From NCBI GenBank assembly GCA_043814765.1, contig JBDRJQ010000032.1, forward strand, positions 1 through 34,707: a stretch of DNA of 34,707 bases, in the 5' to 3' direction. The notes beneath the pieces were generated by a model. The model searched no databases and was not told the origin of the DNA. It was given only the letters and a program-made list of their open reading frames with translations. Source of the DNA: Nanobdellota archaeon (GTDB lineage: Archaea; Aenigmatarchaeota; Aenigmatarchaeia; QMZP01). Positions 1 through 9,343 of the stretch are shown piece after piece; the first letter of the stretch is position 1, and each line of letters opens with the position of its first letter. A program made the translations under genes and the position numbers.

Positions 1-2021
1 AAATCCTGCGCTGACTCTACTACATCGCCCATTCCGCCTGGGATTGCTTTTTCAAAATCCTCTAGTGGTATGCGCTCTATATGGAACTTGTCCTCTGGTC
101 TGGATTTGATTAAAAGCTTGTTTCGAATGGTTCTCGATAAATCAATAGCTTTCTTGAAGCCTGGTCGTATTGTAACAAAATAATCACTATGTTTTCTTAC
201 AGACATAACAGGGCCTGAGATAATTTTGTATGTATTTTCTTCCTTGCTTATTTGCACTCCGATGGCTAGCTTTACCTCCAAATTCCTGAACCATTCTCTC
301 TCACCATTAACAACGAAGCTTCCTTTGGGCAGATAGGTACCTGAGGGAGGGCTCTTGCTAACCTGTGGACGCGGTACCCCGAACACATCTATCGTTCCTA
401 GGCCCCTGGCCCAAGCCTTAGAATGAGCAGCAGCGAATTCAGCTGCTTCACGCTTTGTTTCATCTGGTATCTCTTTGTTTTCAGCCTTAATAACAGTGAA
501 AGCAGCTCCTGTTATATCCGCGTGAAAGACAAAATCACCATCATCCGCACGCTTTTTAATTATGTTTTCGTTTTGTGTAGCGTTGCGTCCTGCAATAACA
601 ACAAATCCCTGAGTTGATACGAACCATCTATAAGTTTCATACCATTTTTTCTTTGCTTTCTTAACAGACTCTTCCTCTTCTATTCTTTCCTCATCAGCAG
701 GTTTTTCAGAACCAATATCTCCAAAATACCTGATTTCTTCTTCCTTCTTTTCTATGTCTTCAAGCTGCTCCTGAGTTCTCTCCTTATGCTCTTCCATTCT
801 CTCTACTTTCCTTTTGGCCCATTTGGAATCTTCATAATAATCAGCCGCGTTTTCTTCAACGCTCTTTCTGAAGTCCAGCTCTATTTCCTCTCCACCCAAT
901 TCAACCACAACAATGCTATCATGCTCCCTTATCTCTATTATAGCCTCTGCTTCAGGCGTGTTCTCTCTTTTGATGCGCTGCTTTATTTCTGCCCAGGTAA
1001 GACCTGATTCATGAGCCTGCATTATACCGCTTAAAACGCCTTCAACTGTTCCGTAATAATTATAAATTATATCTGCAGTGCTTCTGGACTCTTTTTGTAT
1101 TCTTTCTAGTCTCTCTTCAGAAGCTGCTTGTTGTTCTACAATACGCTCAACTTTTTGTTTTTCTTCTTCAATCTTCTTCTCAACTTCTTTCTTCTCTGTC
1201 TCAATTATTTCTCCTGAGAAGAATTCATCAAGCGCTTCTGAAAAACTTCCAAAGCTTCCTAATGGCCCGTCAACTGCTGTATTAAGTGTTATTGGTGATA
1301 CAGCTACTCCATAATTTGTAGCTGCCCTTGTTTTATCCAGTTCTACTATAACCTTGTGAAGTTTCAGCACATCGCTTATGTTTAAATGGGAGCAGAGCTT
1401 GTCTTTGCCTATATCAACTCTTTTTGCTATCTCGTTTGCATAAACCGGACCAAACCCCAGAACAGATGCCAGTGTTGAAACAACTGGTTTTTCAGGAAAT
1501 CTCTCGAATATGGATTTGAATTCATCAAATGTCATGGCGTAAGGATCAAAAACTCTTGGAGGGTATTTGTACGGAACCTTAGGTCTTATTTCTCTGTCTT
1601 TCCATCTCTGCATCTCTAGAGGCATTATAATATTCAATGAAGAATCGCATAGTATGATGTTGCCATGAGAAAAGAATTCAAAGATAATTATGTTCTCGTC
1701 TGTATGTATTTCAACAATTCTTTCAAAACCATGCTGCTTTATATCCTTTATTCTCTTTCCCATCAAATGCTTGCGCAAGAACATGCAAAAATTAGGCGGT
1801 TCAACAGCAGAGAATTTCTTATGAAAAGTAATGAACATCTTACTCTTGTCAGTATATAGTAAGTACTCTCCCTTCTGAGGCGCCCATAAACCGAAGAGAA
1901 ACTGCTTCTTAGACCTATCATACTGATATATCTTCCTGAATACTCCGCCTACCAGTGTTTGCCTCAATTCGCGCACCAGAAAGCGAAAATCTAGCGCAGA
2001 CATCTCTTCTTTTGTAGCCAT
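1..2021 (-). CDS. rqcH: Ribosome quality-control protein Rqc2/NEMF (NFACT/FbpA family); runs off the left window edge near its C-terminus
   Basis: Absent from the ORF track because there is no stop in the window. Manual translation from ATG 2021 gives MATKEEMSALDFRFLVRELRQTLVGGVFRKIYQ...PPNFCMFLRKHL...FERIVE. The C-terminal NFACT-R domain reads YRWF...IAGRNATQNE...FHADITGA...HSKAW...PPSGTYLPKGSF and the frame ends ...KAIPGGMGDVVESAQD at the edge. Confidence 0.92.
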   Translation of the reverse strand, partial: MATKEEMSALDFRFLVRELRQTLVGGVFRKIYQYDRSKKQFLFGLWAPQKGEYLLYTDKSKMFITFHKKFSAVEPPNFCMFLRKHLMGKRIKDIKQHGFERIVEIHTDENIIIFEFFSHGNIILCDSSLNIIMPLEMQRWKDREIRPKVPYKYPPRVFDPYAMTFDEFKSIFERFPEKPVVSTLASVLGFGPVYANEIAKRVDIGKDKLCSHLNISDVLKLHKVIVELDKTRAATNYGVAVSPITLNTAVDGPLGSFGSFSEALDEFFSGEIIETEKKEVEKKIEEEKQKVERIVEQQAASEERLERIQKESRSTADIIYNYYGTVEGVLSGIMQAHESGLTWAEIKQRIKRENTPEAEAIIEIREHDSIVVVELGGEEIELDFRKSVEENAADYYEDSKWAKRKVERMEEHKERTQEQLEDIEKKEEEIRYFGDIGSEKPADEERIEEEESVKKAKKKWYETYRWFVSTQGFVVIAGRNATQNENIIKKRADDGDFVFHADITGAAFTVIKAENKEIPDETKREAAEFAAAHSKAWARGLGTIDVFGVPRPQVSKSPPSGTYLPKGSFVVNGEREWFRNLEVKLAIGVQISKEENTYKIISGPVMSVRKHSDYFVTIRPGFKKAIDLSRTIRNKLLIKSRPEDKFHIERIPLEDFEKAIPGGMGDVVESAQD

Positions 2022-2048
2022 GTTTAGAATTAGTGAAGAAATGATATA

Positions 2049-2813
2049 TTACTTTATTTTCAGCCCGAAAACCCTCACAGCATTATTTTTAGCTGTTTTA
2101 AGAATTTCTTCTGATGAACACTTCCTCTCTTTTGCTATCTTCTCTGTGGATATCTTAATGTTCCATGGGACATTATGCTTTCTTTCCCTATCTGGATCCA
2201 AAAATGGGGAGTCTGTTTCCAGAAGCATCCTGTCAAGAGGCATTTGTTTTGCTATCTTGCGAAGCCCTTTTGAAAAAACAACGCCTGTAGAAATAGATAT
2301 ATAGAAATTATCATGTTCAAGAATCTCATTTGCCAGTTCTTTAGGACCTGAATAGCAGTGAAAAATACACGTTAAACCACTATCCTTAACCATCTCGTAG
2401 CATTCTCTTTCAGCATCCCACGAGTGAATGACTAAAGGTTTCTTCAATTCCTTTGCGAGATCAACAAACTCCTGAAAAACCACTTTCTGTTCTTCTCTTT
2501 TCTTTTCATCCTTCTCCCAATGATAGTCCAAACCAACTTCTCCTATAGCTACTATCTTGTCTACGTTTTCTCGAATGAGTTGTATAACATCGTTATAGTT
2601 TTTACCTTTATGATCCCCTTCTGTGGGATGATGGCCAAGCGTGACAAAAAGAAACCCTGGATGCTTTTTAGCAAGCTTAAGCACTTTGACTCCTTCGTCA
2701 TAGCGTGCAGAAGAAATAATAACAGCTGACATTTCCCCTTTAGCTTGCTCTATTACATGTTCTCTATCCTTATCAAAATCCGGGAAGCAGAGATGTGCAT
2801 GAATGTCTATCAT
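2049..2813 (-). CDS. tatD: TatD-family metal-dependent DNase
   Basis: MIDIHAHL, GHHP, IGEVGLDY, PLVIHS, IFHCYSG and LLETDSPF motifs. Confidence 0.95.
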   Translation of the reverse strand: MIDIHAHLCFPDFDKDREHVIEQAKGEMSAVIISSARYDEGVKVLKLAKKHPGFLFVTLGHHPTEGDHKGKNYNDVIQLIRENVDKIVAIGEVGLDYHWEKDEKKREEQKVVFQEFVDLAKELKKPLVIHSWDAERECYEMVKDSGLTCIFHCYSGPKELANEILEHDNFYISISTGVVFSKGLRKIAKQMPLDRMLLETDSPFLDPDRERKHNVPWNIKISTEKIAKERKCSSEEILKTAKNNAVRVFGLKIK

Positions 2814-2843
2814 GTCTTAGAATTGTAAACTGTTTATTAAATA

Positions 2844-3608
2844 CTATTCTTCCTCGAAGAAATATTCTATTGCATCTTCTATTGTCTGTATCTCTATTAC
2901 CTTTATATCAGCCTCTTCACTTGCTGATATTTGATGAGGTATTCTCTCTGTTGTGCATATCTGACCAACACCCAGCTGATCACAATGCTCCTTTTCTTCA
3001 TACTGAACAACACTTGATTGTCCAAGAGGAACAAGGAAGGTATCGGCTCCTATATCCTTTGCTGCTTTTGCTTTTTCTATAATACCACCAACTGGTCCAA
3101 TTGTACCATCAGGGTTAATTGTTCCTGTTATCATAACTTTGTCACTGACAACCTTATCCTGCAGTACAGCTATGGTAGCAATTGTCAGTGCAGCTCCTGC
3201 TGACGGTCCTTCTATAACAGAGGCGTTTGCATGAATGCTGTAGATTATGTCAAAATCAGACAACTTTATGCCTGTTACATCCTCTGCAACTTTCTTTGCT
3301 GTTCTTATAGAGGTTTGGGTGTCTGTCCAGAAAAGAAGTTTGTCTATATTTGTAAGGACTCTTCCTTCGCCGGGAACCAATTGAACAGTTAACACAGTGG
3401 CTACTCCCTTACCGTCTTCACCAACGCCAGGAACTTTAATGCTAGATATGGATATTTCCAGGTTTTTTTCAATAAGGTTGGCATATATGTCCTCGTTTAT
3501 AACAATAGGCCGTTCTGTTATTATGTGAACAGTCTCAGAACTGAAATAACCACCAATATATGTTCCTAATAAAATTCCTATGATAAGAATCGTTATTTTC
3601 CTTTTCAT
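2844..3608 (-). CDS. Membrane-anchored S16 (Lon proteolytic domain) serine protease without AAA+ module
   Basis: N-terminal TM segment; catalytic Ser motif EGPSAGAAL; MITGTI.PDG.IGPVGGI.EKAKAA containing the catalytic Lys. Confidence 0.88.
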   Translation of the reverse strand: MKRKITILIIGILLGTYIGGYFSSETVHIITERPIVINEDIYANLIEKNLEISISSIKVPGVGEDGKGVATVLTVQLVPGEGRVLTNIDKLLFWTDTQTSIRTAKKVAEDVTGIKLSDFDIIYSIHANASVIEGPSAGAALTIATIAVLQDKVVSDKVMITGTINPDGTIGPVGGIIEKAKAAKDIGADTFLVPLGQSSVVQYEEKEHCDQLGVGQICTTERIPHQISASEEADIKVIEIQTIEDAIEYFFEEE

Positions 3609-3741
3609 TAAGTTCCTTTAATCATTGGTGTTCATTTAATAAATTTGTGAATCTTATCAGAGATTTAAAATGAACAATATGCTCCTAAAGCCGGCTTAAA
3701 TCAGATTTTTAGTGGCAAAGCTTACTAAGAGAAAAAGATAT

Positions 3742-5868
3742 TTATCGTTTGAATATCCAGAATCCCTTTCGTCTTTTCTTGCCTGATTTTATCTTTTTCT
3801 TGCCTGCTTTAAATAAAATGCCCACTCCAAAAAAAATCACTATCAGTGCTATCATTATAATTATAGCACTGACGACAACAACATTATATGCGCCACCAAA
3901 CGGTTCTGCTGCCCAGCCGCTTGTGGGAAAGGGAAACCCGCCTGTGAAAACACACTCTTGTTTGTCATTGTCCCAATAGCCGGTCTTCTTGTTTACTACA
4001 AAGTACTCCGGATAAAAGGTCTGGCCGCTGCCAATCACTTGGAGACCTCTCGAATGGACAGCCTCAATGCAGGGGTCGTCGTCAAAAAAGTCTAGCACAC
4101 GCCACTCCGAACGTATTGTTGTGGCTCCGGCAGGCCATAAATCTGTGGGGTCTGGATCCGGATATGGAAATATCCAATCAACACATGCCGAATGCTGGTC
4201 CAATCCTCCCAGATAGTTGCATAAATTCTGGCATTTGGGGTAGTAATTTCCCTCAGGATTTGATGGCGAGACAGAAAACTCTCCGGGCGCGTTCCCATCG
4301 TAAAAATCACCAGTGAAGCCATGCCTGCTCCTGTCCCTAAATACAAGCGAATAATAAAACCACTGGGGGTAGTCCGTGTCTAAGTTTACATTTGCCTTCG
4401 CCTGATGTTGCTTGTTTGCATCTATGTCCAGTTTTATCGGCCCCTCGAAAATGGATATTATGTCTGTTCCTGACCAATCCTCATTCATAATCATCGGGTA
4501 TCCAAAGGTATTGCCGTTTGCCAGATCCATCTCAAAATTGAACCAGCCATAAAGGGGATGGTTCATCAGCTCTTTTCTTATCTTCATTATGCTGCCGCAA
4601 AAGAAGCACTGTTTGGCATCCCTTACATATATCGTAGCTGCTGGCGCATCGGATATGCTGCCTCCGTCAGAAATCACACCAAAATACACGCCAGGACCTA
4701 ACGTGGAATGCAACGTGTTTTCATAATTGGTATCATATTCCATATGGTAGTTCCCAGTAAAAATTATGTCATTCATTGGAAAATCAAGGAAATCATGAAA
4801 AACAAAATTCTGCTGCCTTATTTCAGACTGGTCTATTATATCAGGCATCTTTTCGTTCCATGTATTTTTCTCATGAGGGAAGTCTGTTGCAATGTTCATT
4901 GCGCTATATTCATAGTCAGGATTGCCAAAAGCGTAATAACCAGTCGAGAAATGATATTCATGCCTGTCCCAGTCATTGTAGTTCCTGAAGAACGTCTTGT
5001 AAGGGCCGTACCCAAGTTCTTTCCATCCCATCATCACACCAAGATCCATATTAGCATTAGTTTCATTCACTATGATGTTGAGCGCATAGCTCAGGTGCTC
5101 GAAACCATAGCTATCGACTATTTCATCAGCATTGGTTTCAAGCTCAACAAAACTAGGGTCATCAAAATCTATGACCATCATATATTCGTCGACCATGCCG
5201 GTAAGAGAAACCTTTGCCAGCCACACCATGAAATGGTTGTCCTCATGCGACAAAACAAGTGCATCCAGCTGGTAGGGTGAGTCCGTGTCTATTAAATCTT
5301 CTGTCACAGGTATCTCATAAATAGGATTGCCTAGCGAGTCGTGCTCTAGGTTGCTTAAATCATCTTCTGACAAGATGTACTTCACATTGTCATTGTCAGG
5401 AGGTGATGGCCTGTTAAACAGATTCTCCATTCTCATAAGCAGTATATCGACCTTTTTTGTTTTTTCCAGGTCCATGTTCTTGAACCGCAGCACAACCTTT
5501 TTTGTGTCCATTTTTACAGCGTCTCCGGGGGGCAATAATGAAGAGCGTGATGAAGAATCGCTGGTTGCTTGAAGTGTGTCGCCAAAATTGTATGTATTTA
5601 TTACATTCCCGTCATCATCAAATTCTAATATATTTATATTGCCTCCTGATGCAGTTGCTATGCATACCATGTCTCGTGGCACCAGGACTTCGTAGTCATT
5701 CGAATATATGATGGAATACGGCTCTGTCATGTCAGGAACCAGATCCGAGATAACAGTCCTTTCATGTGTTTCATGGAAAGGATTTTCTGACACAGTTTGA
5801 GCCTGAACCGGTACTAGAAAGAATAAAAAGATTATTGACATGATAAAAGAAAAAAATAATTTATTCAT
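3742..5868 (-). CDS. Large secreted, C-terminally anchored surface protein of unknown function (708 aa)
   Basis: Signal-peptide-like N-terminus (..LVPVQA-Q), acidic/aromatic extracellular body, C-terminal TM helix followed by a very basic tail (KAGKKKIKSGKKRRKG). Confidence 0.75.
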   Translation of the reverse strand: MNKLFFSFIMSIIFLFFLVPVQAQTVSENPFHETHERTVISDLVPDMTEPYSIIYSNDYEVLVPRDMVCIATASGGNINILEFDDDGNVINTYNFGDTLQATSDSSSRSSLLPPGDAVKMDTKKVVLRFKNMDLEKTKKVDILLMRMENLFNRPSPPDNDNVKYILSEDDLSNLEHDSLGNPIYEIPVTEDLIDTDSPYQLDALVLSHEDNHFMVWLAKVSLTGMVDEYMMVIDFDDPSFVELETNADEIVDSYGFEHLSYALNIIVNETNANMDLGVMMGWKELGYGPYKTFFRNYNDWDRHEYHFSTGYYAFGNPDYEYSAMNIATDFPHEKNTWNEKMPDIIDQSEIRQQNFVFHDFLDFPMNDIIFTGNYHMEYDTNYENTLHSTLGPGVYFGVISDGGSISDAPAATIYVRDAKQCFFCGSIMKIRKELMNHPLYGWFNFEMDLANGNTFGYPMIMNEDWSGTDIISIFEGPIKLDIDANKQHQAKANVNLDTDYPQWFYYSLVFRDRSRHGFTGDFYDGNAPGEFSVSPSNPEGNYYPKCQNLCNYLGGLDQHSACVDWIFPYPDPDPTDLWPAGATTIRSEWRVLDFFDDDPCIEAVHSRGLQVIGSGQTFYPEYFVVNKKTGYWDNDKQECVFTGGFPFPTSGWAAEPFGGAYNVVVVSAIIIMIALIVIFFGVGILFKAGKKKIKSGKKRRKGFWIFKR

Positions 5869-5911
5869 ATATTATTATTGCTTTTAACCTATATATTGTT
5901 TTTGAAAATAG

Positions 5912-6182
5912 TGGGACGCGCCGTCGGTGGATGCCTACCAATAGAAACGGTTGACCGAACTTTCGCCTCCACTCTGTGAACCCTACAAGCGCCAATGCTA
6001 CAGCTTAGAGCTGCTGCATCCCTGCCCTGACTCGGTTCACCATAACAATAACCCTATAGGACAGAGCTTCGCAGTTGAAAGTGCGGGCCGCAACTACCAG
6101 TTGACATCGCCCTCAGGCTTCGGCCGCGCCATGAAGGCGGTTTGCACTTACAGGGAACGCCTAACTCCCCAGCCTAGTCCCA
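5912..6182 (-). ncRNA. ffs: Archaeal signal recognition particle (7S) RNA, about 270 nt
   Basis: Minus strand begins GGGACUAGGCUGGGGAGUUAGGCGUUCCCUGUAAGUGCAAACCGCC (archaeal Alu domain). Ends pair (GGGAC/GUCCC). Helix 8 is GAGU-CAGG-GCA-GGGA-UGC-AGCA-GCUC at 6008-6033, with the SRP54-binding loop and a GNRA tetraloop. Confidence 0.93.
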
Positions 6183-6200
6183 TTTAAAATAAGCTTGCAG

Positions 6201-6214
6201 TATTTAAAACTTTT
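6201..6214 (-). promoter_or_regulatory. BRE/TATA promoter of the SRP RNA
   Basis: Minus strand AAAAG-TTTTAAATA about 20-30 nt upstream of the RNA 5' end. Confidence 0.65.
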
Positions 6215-7406
6215 ACAGTAACTTTCTTGCTAAAAGAATCATACTGGGTCTTTTAATCATTATATCGCTTAGCAATTTGAACTTTTTTGCCTTGGATAAA
6301 GCAATTAAATCATCACCAGAAAGATAGTCAACAAGCCAGTTGAAGTCATCATCCTTCATTGACTCAACAACTTTTCGCAGTTTTTCTATTTTTTGCAGTT
6401 TTTCTCCGCGCTCGTTCCACCATAACTCATTGTATTTTGAGAGTGCTTCTTTGGATATGTCTCCTGATTTTATGGCTTCTGATGCTACTTCACCGGCTAT
6501 GCGCCCGCCGACAAAAGATTCGGATATGCCGCCGCCATGTATTGGATTAACCTGATGAGCAGCATCACCTGCAACCATAAAGTTGTCCAAAACCATATCC
6601 TTCATTATAGCTCCCACAGGCACTCCGCCTGCATTGAACTCTATTATTGAACCTTTTTTCAGGCCTTCCCTGGAATTTATGAAATCTTTAAGATACTCTA
6701 TGGCTTTTTTACTTGCCCAAGGCTTTCTAACACCAATGCCAACATTAGCGTTTTTTCCACCTTTAGGGAATATCCAAGCATAACCAGCAGGAGCAATTTT
6801 TTCGTTTCCTAGATACAGTTCAAGCCTATACTGATCAACATCAACATTAGCCATTTCAAACTGTGCACAAGAAGCAACATCTTCGTGTTTCAGTGTTGTG
6901 TTTATACCTGCTTCTCTTGCAAGCTTTGACTCAACTCCGTCTGCGGCTATAACTATCTTTGCCTTTACATTCATCTCTTCATTCTGGTGCTGTATTTTAA
7001 CACCAACTATCTTATCTCCGTTTTTTAGTAAGGAAAGCGCTTCTGTTTTAGCCATGACAATTGCACCAGCTTCTGCAGCTTTTCTTGCAAGAAACTTGTC
7101 AAAAATCTTTCTCTCTATGACCCATCCTTCTATGTCATCAAAGTCTGCTCTAACATACCTGCCGTCAGGAGCATAAATAGTAGCTCCTTTTATTGTCTGG
7201 CATATCCATGAAGGATCTGGCTCTATACCCATTCTATCTGCAGCTGATTTAGATAATCCTTCACCACAGCGTTTTGGTGAACCAATCTCTGCACGCTTTT
7301 CAATCATTAAAACGCTTAAGCCTGTTTTAGCAATGGCCTCAGCCGCACCAGAGCCAGCTGGTCCGCCACCAACTACAACAACGTCATATTCATTCTTTAT
7401 GTTCAT
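6213..7406 (-). CDS. Digeranylgeranylglycerophospholipid reductase (geranylgeranyl reductase, GGR)
   Basis: VVVVGGGPAGS FAD motif, IGSPKRCGEG, IAADG.ES, P.GYAWIFPKG, GDAA.QVNPIHGGGI. Confidence 0.93.
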   Translation of the reverse strand: MNIKNEYDVVVVGGGPAGSGAAEAIAKTGLSVLMIEKRAEIGSPKRCGEGLSKSAADRMGIEPDPSWICQTIKGATIYAPDGRYVRADFDDIEGWVIERKIFDKFLARKAAEAGAIVMAKTEALSLLKNGDKIVGVKIQHQNEEMNVKAKIVIAADGVESKLAREAGINTTLKHEDVASCAQFEMANVDVDQYRLELYLGNEKIAPAGYAWIFPKGGKNANVGIGVRKPWASKKAIEYLKDFINSREGLKKGSIIEFNAGGVPVGAIMKDMVLDNFMVAGDAAHQVNPIHGGGISESFVGGRIAGEVASEAIKSGDISKEALSKYNELWWNERGEKLQKIEKLRKVVESMKDDDFNWLVDYLSGDDLIALSKAKKFKLLSDIMIKRPSMILLARKLL

Positions 7407-7573
7407 TTTTTCACCTTTAGCGCATCAACCGGACAGAATCTTACACAAAATTCACAGTCTATACACTTATCACTGCATGTAATGCCATGCTCTAATAACG
7501 TAAGTGCTGATGTTGGGCATACTCCGACACATCCACCACAGCGTGCACATTTGTCCTTATTAACCTCTATCAT
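7403..7573 (-). CDS. 2x[4Fe-4S] ferredoxin (56 aa), translationally coupled to GGR
   Basis: Too short for the ORF track. Manual translation MIEVNKDKCARCGGCVGVCPTSALTLLEHGITCSDKCIDCEFCVRFCPVDALKVKK has two CxxCxxCxxxCP motifs; ATGA overlap with the GGR start. Confidence 0.93.
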   Translation of the reverse strand: MIEVNKDKCARCGGCVGVCPTSALTLLEHGITCSDKCIDCEFCVRFCPVDALKVKK

Positions 7574-7658
7574 AGTACAATAGTTTGCAAATACACATAT
7601 AAACTTTATTAATGCGCCTAAACGAATTCAAAAAGAAAGAAAAAAAAGAAATTGGCTT

Positions 7659-7946
7659 CTATAAAGGCCTTGATTCAATTAATCCGAATAGTTCCAAGGC
7701 GCCAACCACTGTTACAATCAGTAACATTATCCATGCCACCAACTGCAGTATATATGACCCCCATATCATTATTTGGTTTATTCCAAGTCCTGTCCAAACC
7801 GTAAATTCGAATGTTCCTGATAAGAATAGTATCACTGTAGTAAGTACGAGTAGGTTCCATGATTTTACCATTACCTTACTGAGCTTAACGTACTCTAGGA
7901 ATACTACTGCCAATAATATAGCTACTATGTAAATTACGTCTACCAT
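7659..7946 (-). CDS. Small hypothetical membrane protein (about 3 TM)
   Basis: Hydrophobic 95-aa ORF with GGTGA Shine-Dalgarno upstream; co-directional with its neighbours. Confidence 0.7.
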   Translation of the reverse strand: MVDVIYIVAILLAVVFLEYVKLSKVMVKSWNLLVLTTVILFLSGTFEFTVWTGLGINQIMIWGSYILQLVAWIMLLIVTVVGALELFGLIESRPL

Positions 7947-7961
7947 TTAATCACCAAATGT

Positions 7962-8318
7962 TTACACTGTGGGTCTTGCTGCCAATTTGTATATAGCCTT
8001 TAGTGCCACTATCAATGCTGCAGGTGCAACGAATGCTGCTATGTTAGTTACGATGTTAGTTAGGTATACTCCTAAATTCACTATGTCCAAACCACTAAGT
8101 GCGGTTTTAACTAACATAAATGCAATTGCTGCAATCAAGAAAGGCTGTGTTTCTTTTTCATTGATGTTTATGAATCCTACAATAATACCCAAAACAATGA
8201 GTACAATCGTTATCATTCCACCAGTTGCTAGGTCAACAAATCCTGATGCCAATCCTGCTATTATTGCTATGATGACACCTAAAATAAAGGCCCAATGTCC
8301 GTACTCTGTATTAACCAT
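7962..8318 (-). CDS. Hypothetical 4-TM membrane protein
   Basis: WAFILGVIIAII...GIIVGFINI..KE...FLIAAIA...FVAPAALIVALKAI; AGGTGA Shine-Dalgarno upstream. Confidence 0.75.
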   Translation of the reverse strand: MVNTEYGHWAFILGVIIAIIAGLASGFVDLATGGMITIVLIVLGIIVGFININEKETQPFLIAAIAFMLVKTALSGLDIVNLGVYLTNIVTNIAAFVAPAALIVALKAIYKLAARPTV

Positions 8319-8409
8319 TTTTTAATCACCTTATTTTTATATATGAACAAGGCTCAATATAAAGATTTTTTCGGCAATCAACGTTTTTATTCGTGATTTA
8401 ACGGGATAT

Positions 8410-9243
8410 TTAGAAAGCTAAAAATACTTCCATACCAGTTCCAATAAGGACTAGTATTATACCTAAAATAAGGATTTTTATGCTGTCTATGAGTATTATC
8501 TTGAATACTTTAGAACCATTCTTTCTTATTATAGAAACTGAAATAAGTCCACCAGCAAGTGCTGCGCACACATAACCTCCTATTTCTGGTATTGCGTGTG
8601 GCATCATAAACAATGAAAAAGGAATTTGCCATATAGGAGCATTCCACACAACTTTAGAATACTGTCCTAGATAAACACCCAATATTGATGCATTCCATAC
8701 TATTATGAAAACCGCTCCAGCACCAAAGATTAATGAGAACAAGAAAGAAAAGAACAGCACTTGAAGATTATTGCCTGCTATCAAAGAGAAGTTGTCAACA
8801 AACATGCCCTCTGCAAAATAACCTGTTGGCAAGGCTGTGCCTCTCATCTGAGCTATCTTAATCATCTGCACTTGAAAAAAGTCCGGTGGCAAGTAATATG
8901 ACCATACAGCAAAGCTTATGGCAAGACCAAAAAAGAAAACAAGAAACAATATTATATCCTGATTGTGTTTGTCCCAAAAATTCTTTTTATAGTGTTTTAA
9001 TATTTCTTTTTCTTCTTCCATTTCTCTTCTTTTTAATAAAAGTGTAAAGAAGAAAACTGACGGTATTATTGTAAACATCACTGCAAATATGCCACTCAAG
9101 TCAATAGCTACATTGGATAAATGCAAAACATAAGATAGCTGTGCGCTAAACAAAACAGCAACACTAGATAAGACTATAGTCCAGATAAAAACCAGATAAG
9201 GTTTCTTTTGCATTTCTTTAAAGTCTATCAGAGATTCTAGCAT
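8410..9243 (-). CDS. SpoIIM/DUF95-family integral membrane protein
   Basis: Multi-TM protein with NNLQV, IVWNASILG and PHAIPEI motifs typical of SpoIIM-like proteins. Confidence 0.8.
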   Translation of the reverse strand: MLESLIDFKEMQKKPYLVFIWTIVLSSVAVLFSAQLSYVLHLSNVAIDLSGIFAVMFTIIPSVFFFTLLLKRREMEEEKEILKHYKKNFWDKHNQDIILFLVFFFGLAISFAVWSYYLPPDFFQVQMIKIAQMRGTALPTGYFAEGMFVDNFSLIAGNNLQVLFFSFLFSLIFGAGAVFIIVWNASILGVYLGQYSKVVWNAPIWQIPFSLFMMPHAIPEIGGYVCAALAGGLISVSIIRKNGSKVFKIILIDSIKILILGIILVLIGTGMEVFLAF

Positions 9244-9343
9244 ATATTATAATTGGTTGCATATGATAATAAATTAATAATGTAAACTTAAAGAGATATA
9301 AAATAAACAAAGAATAAATACTATCTCAACAATATAATATTGC

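Noticed and set aside
423..1859. Short + strand ORFs in the track, and similar antisense ORFs throughout the window
   Set aside because: Shadow frames opposite well-supported genes, with no recognisable motifs.
3609..5912. Element integrated at the SRP RNA 3' end
   Set aside because: No duplicated SRP 3' fragment and no integrase found; the 10-bp palindrome AAGCCGGCTT at 3688-3697 is too short to interpret.
5951..6187. 78-aa ORF
   Set aside because: Antisense to the SRP RNA.
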